NCBI RefSeq assembly: GCF_018977255.1
Contig: NW_024704743.1
Coordinates: forward strand, 74,278,001-74,342,000
DNA length: 64,000 nt
DNA from: Callorhinchus milii
Lineage: Eukaryota
Reading direction: 5' to 3'
A program made the position numbers and the translations under genes. Numbering within the stretch: the first letter of the stretch is position 1; each line of letters starts with the position of its first letter. Positions 26,046-39,399 of the stretch are shown piece by piece. The notes beneath the pieces were generated by a model. The model saw nothing but the letters and a program-made list of their open reading frames with translations, ran no database searches and was not told the origin of the DNA.

Positions 26046-28899
26046 ATCACATTTAATGAACCAGACTCTGTTACCTTTGTTATACTTGAGTCCACCATCA
26101 CTCCTGACATTGATTGCAGCTTAGCAAGATACGTTTTTTTTAGTGTTTTCGTCACTAAAAAGTCAGTTTCCCACTAACCAGCAGGCAAAAGCTACAGTTA
26201 GCAAGTCCAAAGGCTGTGGATTGGGCTTCAGTGACCCCATCACTGAGAACCAGTCAAGAGGTCCTCTTTTGGGCTATTCAATGTAATAAACACCACATTG
26301 GTCATGATTTTGACTCTACATTGTCAATACGTGTGGCTTCACTAGTAATCTATGCAGCTTAATTTAGAAACTGATTAAACAGATCACACAGTTTGAATTC
26401 CACAGTAAAATCTCATAAAAAGAGGAAATCTTGGACTCACTATTTGTTCATTGCATTTGTCCATTCTGAACTCCACACCTACACTTTTCATTGGTACAGT
26501 ATTACTGCATTGCCACTTGCAAACCTGCCAGCTTTTTATTTATGGTCCCGATTGAATTTTTCATTTCATCCCTGAATGCTCTTAAATCCTAATGAAATTG
26601 CACCCTTATTCTGCATTAAAAATTCCACATTATCATGGTAAAAACATTAATTGCCTATCATTAATTGTCATTATTGATGAGGTAAAGACGAGGGTTAGTT
26701 TATTCTGTAAATTCCATTCATTTGCACTGCGTTAAGATCAATGCTGAATTATAGCTGACAAGTGTTTGTGCAAATCTGCTTTGAGTCGAGATCAGCTTAG
26801 CTACTTACAATCAAAGTCATCTCATCAAAACCAGTTCTTTGAAATTGTTGGCATTGTTGAGTTCCCTAACTACCTTGAAGAACTTTCTCTTTGACCATAT
26901 CTAGGGCATCTCTCCCCTCGCCTCGATTCGGCAATAAACTCCGTAAAACTGTCTCCTAACACTCCCAGATGCTACCCCGCATGAAGTTGCATATAAATGC
27001 AAGTTGTTTTTGTGAATGGGCTTGAGCATGCCAGGCTGTGATTGGCTGCACCAATTAGAACTTGCTAGATGGTTCTACGGACGAGGTGAATACAATTGAT
27101 CTAGCAGGAAAACAAAAACTAAATGACATTAATTCTTTTAATATTTGTCCACTGGGATTTCAACCAATAGATTGGAAACAAGCAAATGTGGATGTTATGT
27201 TCCCAAAGAGGTGGAAAAAGCTATGCCTATCAACATTGCTCTGTATATACATTGATCTGATCTTAATAAATGGAAAACTTATTAAAGCAAACTGGAAGAT
27301 TATCTATATGAAAATAGCTCAATAAATGACAGTATTACAAGGGAATAAACCCTGTCACTGCTTTTTATGGTTAGTGGCGATCAACCTATGTTAAAGGGAG
27401 CTAACAAGGGCTGAATGAGTTTGTGATAATTGGGTACCAGCTCTTAGGGATAATTGAGCACTAGCATAAAGCTGGGGGTTTGGGCATTTGAGAGGAAAGT
27501 CTGGAGAACGTGAATGTAGAGAGGTCTATTGTTGAAATAATTTTTTGTGTGTCAAAACTATTATATAAGTTTTGTTTTTTGGGTGTGATCCATGTCCTCC
27601 TACAGACAGCCATGTTCTCAGATTCCAAATGATTTTATTACTTGAGTTCTTTAAGAAACTACTTGATATTGGGTTTGGAAGACTAAAGGGTAGGTAAGTG
27701 AGGGTTGATAAGTAAAAGATCAATGGGCTAAAGAGCCTTTTCCCCCTTACCTCTATTCTGTGTAAGGGACCGGATGATGAGCAATGTTTCTGTAGGAATG
27801 AACTAGCTCAGGGAGAGACATTTGGAAAATCCATGCAGGGTTGTGGTAAATCAAAACACTATCAATGTTTGACCAGTATTCCTGGCTCATCATTGAGAAT
27901 TGGAGATAAATACAGGTCCTTGATGCTGTGTGTCAAAGCTTTGTAGTCCAAGCTGGTCAAGGACCATGGTCACAACTAATACAACTAAAATCCTTGTTGT
28001 TTCCCAGTTGGACAACAATTTGCACAAGGTAGAGGGATTGAGGGAGAGTGTTCCAGAGTTTTTGGGTGCAGTGGCTCAAATTGTGATCTCTGATGGTGGG
28101 GCAGAGGGTGTGAGGGTCAAGCAGGAGGCAGGTGCCAGTTGAGTGGAGGTGTTGGGTGGTGAGGAGAGTTGGAGAGGTAGAGAGGTGCCAGAGAGTGAAG
28201 GGATTTGAACACAAGTGTGAGGATCAATGCAACTATGTATTTTGTAATCAATGGTGTGGTATCTTATTCTCAAAACTGGATATATAAATAAAATGTTGCT
28301 CTAATAATCTCAAATTTGGCTTTGTAAGGCTTTGTCTTGGATGTATGTTTGTTACACTGTACTTACTGACTGATCATCAGTTACCAATATAAGTAGCTTT
28401 TGCGTTCAAATAAGCTAAGATGATAGTGTCATTCATTGCAGTTATGTCACTTAAATAATGTAAGATTCATGCCATTCAATGAACTCTTCAGTGGTAATTG
28501 TGTATTTGTTTCCTTAAGTATATTGATCTGTTGTGTGGCTTATTAGAGGTAGATGTTTGGGACACTGGTAAATAATGGCTTTGTTTCATTGACATTAACT
28601 GAAGAGCTTTGATTCTGCTAGATTCTAATATTGGTGGATTGATACTAATCAGCAAATCTATAAATGTTGGAGTTATCCTATTGTGTCCATTAGCAGTTAC
28701 TATTTAAATATGATTTGTTAAAACTTTATGCATATTAACTTATTGCCAAATAATACGTTATGATATAAAATTTTAATATGTATTTAATAACTGCTTGAAG
28801 CAATGCAACTAACCTCAAATTGAATCCTGTAAGTTATTTTGTTCTTAATTCTTCCATAACATTGAACTCAATGGCATTTCTGCTAAATAAGACTAATAA

Positions 28900-29300
28900 T
28901 AGTAGTAGTAATAATAAATAATATTTGCGTTTGGTATTGTGCATTTTCATGTCAGAAGGACATCTCAAGCACTTCATAGGAATTACTGTGAAATGGAGGA
29001 ACTGTGCATTTGTAGGCAGGGAATAAACAGTCATGAAACAAGTGACTGATTTTATTTGGAGGATTGTTGGCCAGCACACTAGGAGAAACTCCCTTCTCTT
29101 TTCGAATAATGCCATAGGATCATTAACCTCCCCCTGAACAGGCGGAGAGGATCTCAGTTTAACTTTGGTCTTCATCTCTGACAATGCAATGCACCGCCAG
29201 CATTCCATTGGAGTATCACCTTATATGTAAGTTCAATGTGAGATTTGAAACTACAACCTTCTTACTCAGAGGCAACAATTCTGTCATTGAGCCAATCTTA
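28900..29300 (-). mobile_element. Old DeuSINE-type element
   Basis: Same diagnostic blocks as 4255-4620 (GGAGAAACTCCCTTCTCTT, GCCATAGGATC, CCTTCTTACTCAGAGGC). Confidence 0.75.
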
Positions 29301-30079
29301 ACACACAGGGATTGCTGGAGACATTTTATTCAATGCGAGATCAAACCCATGGGTCCATGGGAATTCCAATGGGATTCCTTAATAAGGAAGTGTAAATTTG
29401 ATCCCATTCTTTCTGGGAGTGGTGTTCCCATAGGCTGATGTGACACACTTTTGGTTATTGGATGTAATCCTCATTTACATGGTAAACTCTTCAGTAAAGA
29501 ATCTTTGAAAATATTCTACAAATTTGACTATCTTTATGTTTCATGAATGCTCTGGGAGAGAATAATCAAATGGATCTAACGTAAAGTTTGTTACGAGTAG
29601 TGCCTCTACTACATTTTACATGTAGGCATTACTGTACATTCATGATTAGAAATAATTCATGGAAAGTTATTTGTTAAAGTCTGTTTTGGGCAGGTACAAA
29701 GTATTACTTTTCACTCAAAATAGAAGTCGGGGAGCCACCTTTGAAAGAGCATGTTGGGTGCTTTAGCATCCAGCAACCAGAATAAGCTTCAGTTATTATC
29801 AATCAACTGGAATTTGCATTGAGTCTCTGTAGACTATGCTGACTACGCTTAAAACAATGCAGCAATTAACTAGGCTCAGTATAATTTCATGAACTGATGA
29901 GAGCATATGTTGGCATGCATTATTGCTGCACACTGTTCAAATCATAGAACATATGAAATTATTTTAAATAGTGCCTGTGCCAACTCACTGTAAGACCTGT
30001 CTAATTAGTCACACTCTGTCTTTTGCCCATACTCTTTTATATTTTTCCTTTTCAAATCTTTGTCCAAATCCTTTTTGAA

Positions 30080-30395
30080 AAGCTCAGTGGTTAGAGAACT
30101 CGCCTCGCAAGCAAGAGACCTGGGTTTGATTCCCAACGTGGCAAAGTTTCCTTACTCCACACGCCTCTGTTTACCTAGCAGTAAGTAGGAACCTGGTTGT
30201 TTCCGGGGTTAATTACTCCTTTCTTAAAATAAATTGTCACTCGATCCACGACTGTTTGTGGGACACTGCGGTGCCCAATTGACTGCTGTGATTTGCCCAC
30301 AAATAGTTGATTGACTTTACAGTGTATTCTGTGAAGTGTTTTGGGATGTCTAGAAGATGTGAAAAGCACAATATCAAATGCAAATATTATTATTA
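30080..30395 (+). mobile_element. tRNA-headed SINE (long subfamily)
   Basis: AGCTCAGTGGTTAGAG head through ATCAAATGCAA tail. Confidence 0.88.
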
Positions 30396-30574
30396 AAAGC
30401 TATTATGGATTCTGTTTAATCACTGTTTGTCGCAGTGAATTTTATGGCCTGTTAAAAGCCTCCCTTTAAATAAATATCTCCTTACCGCTCTTATTTTTGA
30501 ATAATAATAATAATGCATTTGATATAGTGCTTTACAATGTGGTTGAGACATCTCAAAGCGCTTCACAGGATATA

Positions 30575-33500
30575 CTTGGCAGGGATATCATTGAATAGCT
30601 GGGAATTGATCTTGCTGACAGACTCATTTTTTTTGAGCAAGGATTACTTGGTCATACAACCACTTATGAGTTGTGTAATTATGACTGAGGTTTGGAAAAC
30701 CTTTGTTTTTGAGCTCAGCTATATCTTGTACAATGGTCCCACAACCTTCAGGGATCTGAATTTGGCCATCTGTTGGATCCACTGGAATGTTGCCATCCCC
30801 AATTTCCAGAAGGAAGTTGTCATGCCCAACTGTGGAACTGCCATGAAGATTTACCCACATGTTTAACCTGAGACTCATCTTCTCCACACATGCTCACAGC
30901 CTGGAAGCCTTAAGACTGGCATTTAGTTCATCAGCATGGATACCACGTTGTGTGACAGGTAGTGTGTGGTGGAAGTCTTCTGACAAAATAAGTGTCATCC
31001 CTCCCATCGTCTGGGTGCTTTCCCTGATGTCCTGAATTGTCTTGTCCAAAGCCTCAAAGGCATGCTTGTGTGACATGGTGCATTCATCCCACATGATGGT
31101 TTTACAGTCCTTGATCAATGTGGCTGCAGCTGTACCCTTCTTGATATTGCACACCGGATCCTTGTATTAGAGGTTCAATGGCAGCTTGAGGGCAGAATAG
31201 GTGTTTTGCTGCCCGTAAGTAGAGTTGGTGCAATACTAGAGTCCGCAGCAGCAGGTGCAATTTGGCCCCTAGACCGAATCTTGGCCAAGATGAGGTATGT
31301 TTTTCCTGTACCACCAGGTGCATCAAGAAAGAGAATGCCTCCTTCATCGTGGTCAACTTTGTGAAGGATACTCTGATACTCTGCAACTTGATCTTCTGTC
31401 ACGGTCAATTCTCTCTCCTGGACAAAGTGTTGCTTTTCATCTTGGTTATAGTTGATTTCCCATAAAATTCTCTGGCCAAGGCGACAACTTCTGTTCTGAG
31501 TACAGGACAGACCATAGTGTGGCAATTCCTTTCCCCCAATGCCATTAGCTTGTCTTCTAAGTATATGAGGGCCTAGTTGAAAATGGCATCACTGTAGTCC
31601 AACTCAGTTTGTGGATTTGCACTGCAAGGCTAATATTAAAAAAAAGTCTTCTGACATTCTTTCTTTGTGGTTATTCCAAAGCCATTTTGTATTAGACAAA
31701 CCACAGGTGTGCAGCATGATGGCAAACAAATCTCTCAGTCTGATAGTAGACCTTGCCACAGTTGCTTCTTCTAATGTCTGGTTCCAGTGGGCATCCTCTT
31801 CTAGGAGACCCCTGCGGTGGCATGCTTTTCGGAATCTATAGCAGACTTTGCCATCAATGTTTTTAAGATCCTTATTGCTTGTTGGGCCTCTCACAGTGTG
31901 GGGAAAAGCCTTAAGAAGTAGCATTCAAAGTTGTTGGGATACACTGTGTACACCCTGTCGAGCGAGTCACTGGAATTGATACTGGGATAGCCTTCAACAG
32001 GAGTACCTCAAACTCTTCGCTTCCACTTCTTGATCTTGGATATCCATGTAATACTTTGGGACCTCATAATAGAGAAGGATTCTTGCAAACTCATCCTGTT
32101 GGCATAGTTTGAAGAATGCAGGTAGTGTGGTTTTGGGAGGTTCAAGTAAACATTCCTGAACATTGGCTTCTGTAATAAAAAAAATACCCATTGGTCGTTT
32201 TCAAGCTGAATCTGAAGGTGTTGGACCACTGGATGTCAATCATGTATATGGAAGCCCAAAGTTCTTGCTTCATTGGTGCTCACATATTGGCCCATCTAGT
32301 AGTATGGTAACTTGTGTCTTCGGGCTTCCTCCCTCTTGAGTAAGGGATAATGACACATCCGAGATGACACTGCCCTTGTTCACATATTTGCACACATATT
32401 TGATGCTCTTATCAGAGTTGTAAAACTCAACATTGATGTGAGCGTTCAAGAGCTGAGAGAGATTGGGTTTGTATGGGACAACCCAACAGTTGTTCACTTC
32501 CACCTGCTGTTTGTCAACTACTGCGTGGAATTCACCACCTCCAGTTGACCTCTGCCTGTACAAAGGGCTGTACATGAGCTGTTTGGGTCTCCTGTACGAA
32601 GCTGCTTGGATATTGCTTTGAGCAGGACCCATTTTTCATCTAGGGAGATTTTCTGTTGAATTATCCACATGGGCCATGAATCATTTGTTTCTTTATGATT
32701 TCAAGGAGCAGAGTCTCGGTCTGGGTTTGGCAGTTCTACAGAAATGACATTATTGTCATTGGTTAGGCTGTATTTTTTCAATGAGCCATAGAAGAATGTG
32801 TGCATGGGAAAGACCATGCTTTTGCCATTCAATTGTATGCCATTCAATTGGGTGACCAGCAAGTTGGTGGGGAGGGGTTGAGACAGCAGGTGGTGGGTTT
32901 CATGGAGGTGATGGTGGGTGAGAGGGAGGAGGGAAAGATGGGGAGGAAGGAATGTAGGATGGGGTTGGTGGTAGGAGCAGATGATGGTGAGGGGGACAGA
33001 GAGGGCATGGAGATGGGTAACAAGAGGCAGTTGGATGAGGCCGCCTGGTGGATTTTGTGAATTTTAGATGAGAAGAAGTCCATGACCTCCTCGACATTGG
33101 ATATGAAGATTGAGGAGGCCTGAGGGGGGGGGGGGGCATGGAGGAGGTAGTGGGTGGTTGGAAAAAAGGACTTTTGGGTTGTGTTTAGCCTCCAAGATGT
33201 TGGAGTAGAAGGCTGTTTTTGCGCGTATCAAAGAACGGCGGTAGCTATGGAGATGCTCGAGCCACAGTTGACGGTGAACTGTCAGGCCAGTTTTCCGCCA
33301 TCTGCGCTCAGGCAGCCGGGTTTGAGTTTTTAGGGAGCAGAGATCATTGTTGTACCAGGGGGATTGGGTGGGATTGGAAATGGTCCTGGATTTCAGGGGG
33401 ATGAGGAGTTGAAGGTGGAGGAGAGGCGATCGGCTGGACGGCTGCTTCAGGATCTGCACGGGTGGAAGGCCAGAGGGATAGGATGTTTGACAAAGTGAGG

Positions 33501-34950
33501 GCCTTCGTGAGGGTCTCAGGGGGTAGCCTTTTTCAAGGGCGGTAGAGGATGGTTGAGGGCTTGGTGGAGGAGAGAGGGATGTGAGAGGAGAATGAGATGA
33601 GGAAGTGCTCCGAGATGGCCTTGTCCACTATCTAAGGTCGGAAATGTCAAGGCCATGGGTGATAACGATGTCAAGGGCATGACCATGGTTGTGGGTGGGT
33701 GAATTTATGTGATGGGTGATGTTAAGGGAGGAGAGCCGTGAAGTTGGCAGAAGTGGTGCAAGGGGAGTTTAGGTGGAGGTTGAAATTGCCCATTATGAGT
33801 AGGCGCTTGGAGCAGAGGGACAGGGAAGAGAGGAGAATGGAGATGTCTATGAGGAAGGAGCCAGGGGGCTTAGGGGGGCGGTAGACAAGAAGGATTTTCA
33901 ATGGGAGAGAGCGGTGAAAGAGGGTGAGGTGCTCAGAGGGGATACAGCCAGAGGAGTAGGGGGTAAGACCAAGGGAGGCTTTGGAGATGAGGGCCACCCC
34001 ACCGCCACATTGGTTTAGACGGGCGGTGTGGTGGAAGGTGTAGCCTGGAGGGGAGGCTTCCACTAGGGGGACGGGGGCATTGGGGGTGAGTCAGGTTTCA
34101 GTGAGCCCAAGAATGTCAAGGTGTTCATCCAGGATGAGGTCATGGATGGCAAGGGCTTTATTTGTGAGGGAACGGAGAAGGAGGAGAGCCGTGAAGTCGG
34201 CAGAAGTGGTGCAAGGGGAGTTTAGGTGGAGGTTGAAATCGTCCATGATGAGTAGGTGCTTGGAGCAGAGGGACAGGGAAGAGAGGAGAGTGACCCCATC
34301 CCCCTAGTGGAAGACTCCTCTCCAGGCTACACCTTCCACCACACCCCCGGCTCCTTCCTCATAGACATCTCCATTCTCCTCTCTTCCCTGTCCCTCTGCT
34401 CCAGGCACCTACTCATAATGGGCGATTTCAAGCTTGATTTCCTCCCAGTTGCAGGTGAATGTGATGAACAGGTCAGGTCAACTTTACGCTCACACATAAC
34501 CCAATGCATCCTGGGTTCTTTTGTGTGTAAACTGTGGGCCCCCCCAGTGAAACTGGATGGCAAAATGACCAATTGACCTACGTTGCTGGCATCATCATCA
34601 TTTATAAGTTTGTCCCGCAAATGAATGTACTCTTCATCCCTGAGTTTCTTCTGGTTCAAGCGGGGAGGGGAAAAAAAAGGAGTGTCTCAGCTTCGATCAC
34701 GGCATACCTGTCTACAATGAATTGATGGCAGAGTTTTTTTTGTACGCAGAAGGATGTTGTAATCGCCCTCACGTTGCATCAACCGTGTGCACATTAAGAG
34801 CCATAGCAGCCACCTTTTTGTCAGGCCTGGACTGTCCAGTGCTGGGATTTGTTTGTGAAAATCTGGAAATGGTAGCCATCTTCACCATGTGGGAATAAGA
34901 TTGGGTACAGGAGTGCACTGTATGCCCTGTTAGTCTCAAGCACTTGTTTG
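30575..34950 (-). mobile_element. Decayed Helitron Rep/PIF1-helicase coding region (frameshifted, 3' truncated, interrupted)
   Basis: In order on - strand: AYSALLYPILFPHGEDGY; EEYIHLRD..VILPSSFTGG; PDLFITFTCN (Rep motif 1); IEWQKHGLSHAHILLWL (HUH motif, ~32783-32838); NAHINVEF..SIKYVCKYVNKG (catalytic Tyr motif); RGLLEEDAHW; FLDAPGGTGKT (Walker A); WDECTM (Walker B); LLEIGDG. Confidence 0.95.
32851..34430 (-). mobile_element. L2-type LINE ORF2 N-terminal (AP endonuclease) fragment inserted in the Helitron, with internal duplication/inversion
   Basis: LTET, GGGVALI, VYRPPK, MGNFNLH, PTHNHGHALD, SEHF and SPWYNNDL..RRWRKT motifs on - strand; C-rich composition like the other L2 copies. Confidence 0.88.
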
Positions 34951-35544
34951 CACGGGCCTCTGCGTGCCTTGCTGGGTGGGCATTGGGCTGCTCGCACAGT
35001 TGTGCAGTGCACAGGGCTTTCCACTGCTTGCACGGGCTGCGCCCAAATGTGAGCACCAGAGCTCTGCACGGTGGCTTGATTTCAAAGCAGATACTGAGAG
35101 AGGGAGGGGAGGGCAAGGTGACCATGGCATGATTGCTGGTTTCACTGCGTATTTGTGTTGCTGGCCTGCTCGTTCCCTGCACACTGAATGGTGTTATGTT
35201 CTCCACAATCAATGTGTAGAAAACTTTTATTCTCAGCTCACAAGTTACAAACAATCCAACCAAAAACCCTCTCATCAGTTCTCCCTGCTTCTTGCTTTTC
35301 TATGTCCTGATGCCTTTCATCGGTCCTGGTTAATTAGTCCTTGATTTCTTAAAGGGTATCCAACAGATGGTTTGTGCTGAAAAAAGGCTGACTACTTAGT
35401 CATCGGGTTGTTAATGAACATCACTTCCGGTGTGTGGTAATACAGCGAATGATGTCAGAATGACCTGATGCCCTAAAAGTAGGCCTCAGTGTGCAGGAAA
35501 CTAATATGGTAAACTTCTGGAATATTAGATCACCATTGTTATAA

Positions 35545-35860
35545 TATAATAATCCTTGCATTTTGATATAGCGCTTTTCACCTCTTCTCAATGTCTCAAA
35601 GCGCTTCACAGCACAGAATAGACTGTAAAGTGAATTGACCATATATTTGTGGGCGAAACTTGGTAACCAATGTCCACAAACAGCAGTGTCCCACAAACAG
35701 TCGTGGATTGAAAATGACTAATTTATTATTGTTTTGTTTTTGGAAGGATTATTAGGCGTGTGGAATAAGGAAACTTGCCCAAGGTTTCGCCCTGCCTGGA
35801 ATTGAACCCAGGTGTCTCGCTTGCAAGGCGAGTGCTCTAACCACTGAGCTACAGGACTCC
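35545..35860 (-). mobile_element. tRNA-headed SINE
   Basis: Full-length antisense copy with small internal duplication of TGTCC(C)ACAAACAG. Confidence 0.92.
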
Positions 35861-36639
35861 TGTTCACTGCATATGTGAAGCTACAGGAAATTATGTCAGT
35901 GCAGACCTAATGATCCAGAAGTGAACCATTTTAGTGTGAGAACCAGACAATTAGAAAGAGAGTGAGCCAAATACAATTTACATTTATATAGCACCATTCA
36001 GATCAGAAAGATGCCTCAAAGCACTTCTCAGTGCTGCATGGACACCAGAATTGGGGGTGGGAACCAAGGAGGTGGGAAGAATAAGGTTGACCGAAAACAC
36101 AGTCAAATGCACACATGCGCAGCAACTAAAGCCCAGATACAACCGAATATAAGACAAATCTATAAGGAAGTTAATTATAATGGGGCTACACAGAAATATA
36201 TGAGGCCCACACCAGAGGACCTTTGTTCTTCAGAATAAGGGAAATGGTTGCATTTCTTCAAGTATCTGGCATAAAGACTGTTTCATTAATATGGTGAATG
36301 GCATTCACTGAAAGAGGAGCCAAATCATAGAAGTCAGCTGGAAAGTCATCCTACCCAGCCATGCTTAGGTTTAAGTGCTAGAATAGCTTGTTTGGTTTGT
36401 TGCTTGAAAAGGCATAAGGCATTGAATACTATGGCTTGTCACCATGCTCATCATAAATTTACATTGGCGAAGCAAATTTGTCATTCATGAGAACACAGAA
36501 GGGAGTTAAGCTTCCCCTTGGCGCCTTGTCAGTTTTATGTATCTTTGGGTCCATTTTGCCTTGCATACACTCAGGCCGCCAAATTCATTCTTCCAATTGT
36601 TTTTGAAAGACAAGAGCAAATGCTTTTATTGAAAAATGA

Positions 36640-37175
36640 CAAAATTTCATTTGTAAAGTGCTTTTCACATCGGGAGGACGTTCCAAGACGTTGGACAGAC
36701 AGTTACAGACCCAAGCTGAGGGTAGGGGTGGGGGAGGGTGCAGGGAGATTAAAAGCACGGTCGAAGAGGAGGATCTTGAGATGGGTCTTGAAGGTGGTGA
36801 GGGAGGGGGCAAGACAAAGGGACTGCGGGATAGAGTTGCAGAGAGTGGGAGCAGAGTGACGGAAGGCCTGCCCGCCAATAGTGGAGTGGGCAAGGCGGGG
36901 AACGTGAAGCAGGCTGGAGCCTGCTGAGCGGAGGGAGTGAACAGGATGGTAGGGGGTTAGGAGGTCACAGAGGTAGGGGGGGAGCAAGACTGTGGAGGGC
37001 TTTGAAGGTGAGGACCAGGCTCTTGAACTGTATCCTCTGTGTGATGGGAAGCCAGTGGAGTTGGGCAAGGATGGGGGCAATAGGGTTGCGGAGCCTAGTG
37101 CGGGAGAGGACACGGGCTGCAGAGTTCTGGATGATCTGCATCTTGTGGAGGGAGGAGTTGGGGAGGCTGGCAAGC
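36640..37175 (-). mobile_element. L2 LINE 3' fragment
   Basis: IQNSAARVL..LHWLPITQRIQFK..LAPP. Confidence 0.92.
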
Positions 37176-39004
37176 AAAGACAAAAAAAACACACTGAAGT
37201 AACTGTTGATCGACACAAAGAGTCAGCGGATAACATTCCTGACATTCCATTGAAGTGCTTATACTTTATTAATAAACAATTCAACCTGTTAAAACTTCTG
37301 TCAAACTTTTTTTTGGTCAGCTAGGTTTGACACATGCAGAAACCCATCACCATGCTTAAGAGTATCAAACTAAACTGAGAATTCCATGCATCCCACTTGC
37401 ACATGGAAATTCCAGAGAGAGATTTTTGGAATGGAATGCACACTCTTCCCCCTGGAGGGATGCGTCCTGTTTACTTAATTCCGGAAAGCATTTGGTGCAG
37501 GTTGGCAAGAGCCAAGGCTTGGGAATCCTGTCAAAGTAACCTAAGTAACAATTATAACAAATGCAAAACACACAAAGAAAGATTTGTTTTTTTTTAACTC
37601 ACAAACAAAACAGAAAGCTGAGGATGTTAATCCTGCTTGAGAAAAATGAACTACTATTCCAACTCAGGCAGAAAGACTCATAAAGGGCATCTAGCATGCC
37701 TAAAGTGACATTTGGTGGTAACTTAGATAGAAGTTGACCATTTTAACGTGCTGTAAAGAGGCCGCATTTTAGTTAGCAAAAATAGGAGACGCATATACTC
37801 TAAGGACAAGAAAGAACTTGCAGAAAGGGAAACAAACAGAAATCTCCCAACCCAGCCAATAGTATTATTGTGAATGTTAACTGAGATTCTTGTTTTTCTC
37901 TTGTATTTTATAGTGGGTGGGGGGGGGGGGTTCTGTCGTGAACATGAGGTTTAGCAGGTTTCAGAGTGTTGTTGATCCATCACTCACCATTTCAAAACAA
38001 TGTGAGGCAGCAATAAACAAGGCAATCATAATGCCAAATCAGTCATGTTTGGATTCCCAGAAGTTATGTTGAACCTGCTTTGGTCTAACTGCACTTGGAA
38101 TACTGCACATACATCAGTTAGGGTTGTCATAACATAAGGAAGTTTTTCAGGCTCTAGAGGCAACAAGGAGGACTAACAAAGATAATAAAGTATTTGCCTT
38201 TGATACAGCGCCTTATTAGTGTTACGAGATGTCAAAATGCTTTGCAGAATTGTATATCTGAAGGAAAATATTGATCCCAAGGTTAGATGTGTTCTTAGAA
38301 CCAATATCATAAGCTGGGGCTTCAGCCTTGAAAAGTGATGGCTCAAAGGAAAGCTGAGGGCCAAACAAAACGCCAAGATGGCACACTGACCCCATGAGCT
38401 GAAGCGGCCACCAGAGGAGTTTGATGCAGTCAGTCAGAGATGAGGAGGTAACCCTCCTGTTCGACTGTGCCTTCAGCCACTCCTACCCTGTGGTCCCTCA
38501 TCCCAAACCTGCCCACCCCACCGCCCCGACTCCCCACCCCCCCACCCACGCTCGGGTCCTGATCCCTAACTGTTGAGTGCCTTGGAATGTCCTCCTGACG
38601 TGAAAGGCACTTCACAAATGTAGTTTTATTGTTGTTATTGATGTTGTCTTGGTGTTGTGGGTGGGACATAAACCAGATTGGAGCACTATATAGTGCATTG
38701 GGGGAAAGACAGGAGCAAACCTGAGGCCACAACATGTATATAATTATAGGTTTAGTCAGACTCCCATTGCTTGACTCCCTTGGGTTTCTCCCCTGTGTGA
38801 TTCCGTCCCAGGTTACAACTCGAGGTGTTCAGGAAATATTTTGGATGATACCCCACTGATCTACCCACTCTTTTTATAAACGATATATAGCTTTAATCTT
38901 TTAAGATTAAATGCTCAGAGTCCAAGAATAATTGACAATTCCACTCTTCATAAAATGAAATTCCTGCTTGTTTAGCAACAAATTTAACATTACACTATTA
39001 CACG

Positions 39005-39334
39005 TGGAGTCCTGTAGCTCAGTGGTTAGAGCACTCGCTTTGCAAGCGAGAGACCTGAGTTCAATTCCAGGCAGAGGGCGAAACCTTGGGCAAGTTTCCT
39101 TACTCCACACAGAGCCTAATAATAATCCCTCCAAAACCAAAAAACAATAATAATAAACATTGGTCATTTTCAATCTACAACTGTTTGTGGGACATTGCTG
39201 TGCGCAATTGGCTGCCGCGTTCGCCCACAAATATACAGTCAATTCACTTTACAGTGTGTTCTGTGAAGCGCTTTGGGACGTCCTCCCGACGTGAAAAGCG
39301 CTGTATCAAATGCAAGGATTATTATTATTATTAT
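39005..39334 (+). mobile_element. tRNA-headed SINE, young subfamily, abutting SNRK promoter
   Basis: Intact A box TAGCTCAGTGG and B box GAGTTCAATTCC, (TTA)n tail. Confidence 0.94.
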
Positions 39335-39399
39335 AAGGTCACACCTGTGACTCAGTCAGGAAAGGAGGAGTGCGTGGGGTGGTGTTGTGCTGAAGGGTG

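Noticed and set aside
30624..31525. Host PIF1 helicase gene
   Set aside because: Intronless, frameshifted and linked to HUH Rep motifs, so Helitron-derived.
39005..39080. tRNA gene-like sequence (A and B boxes), repeated many times
   Set aside because: Always followed by the SINE body and L2-like tail; these are SINE heads, not tRNA genes.
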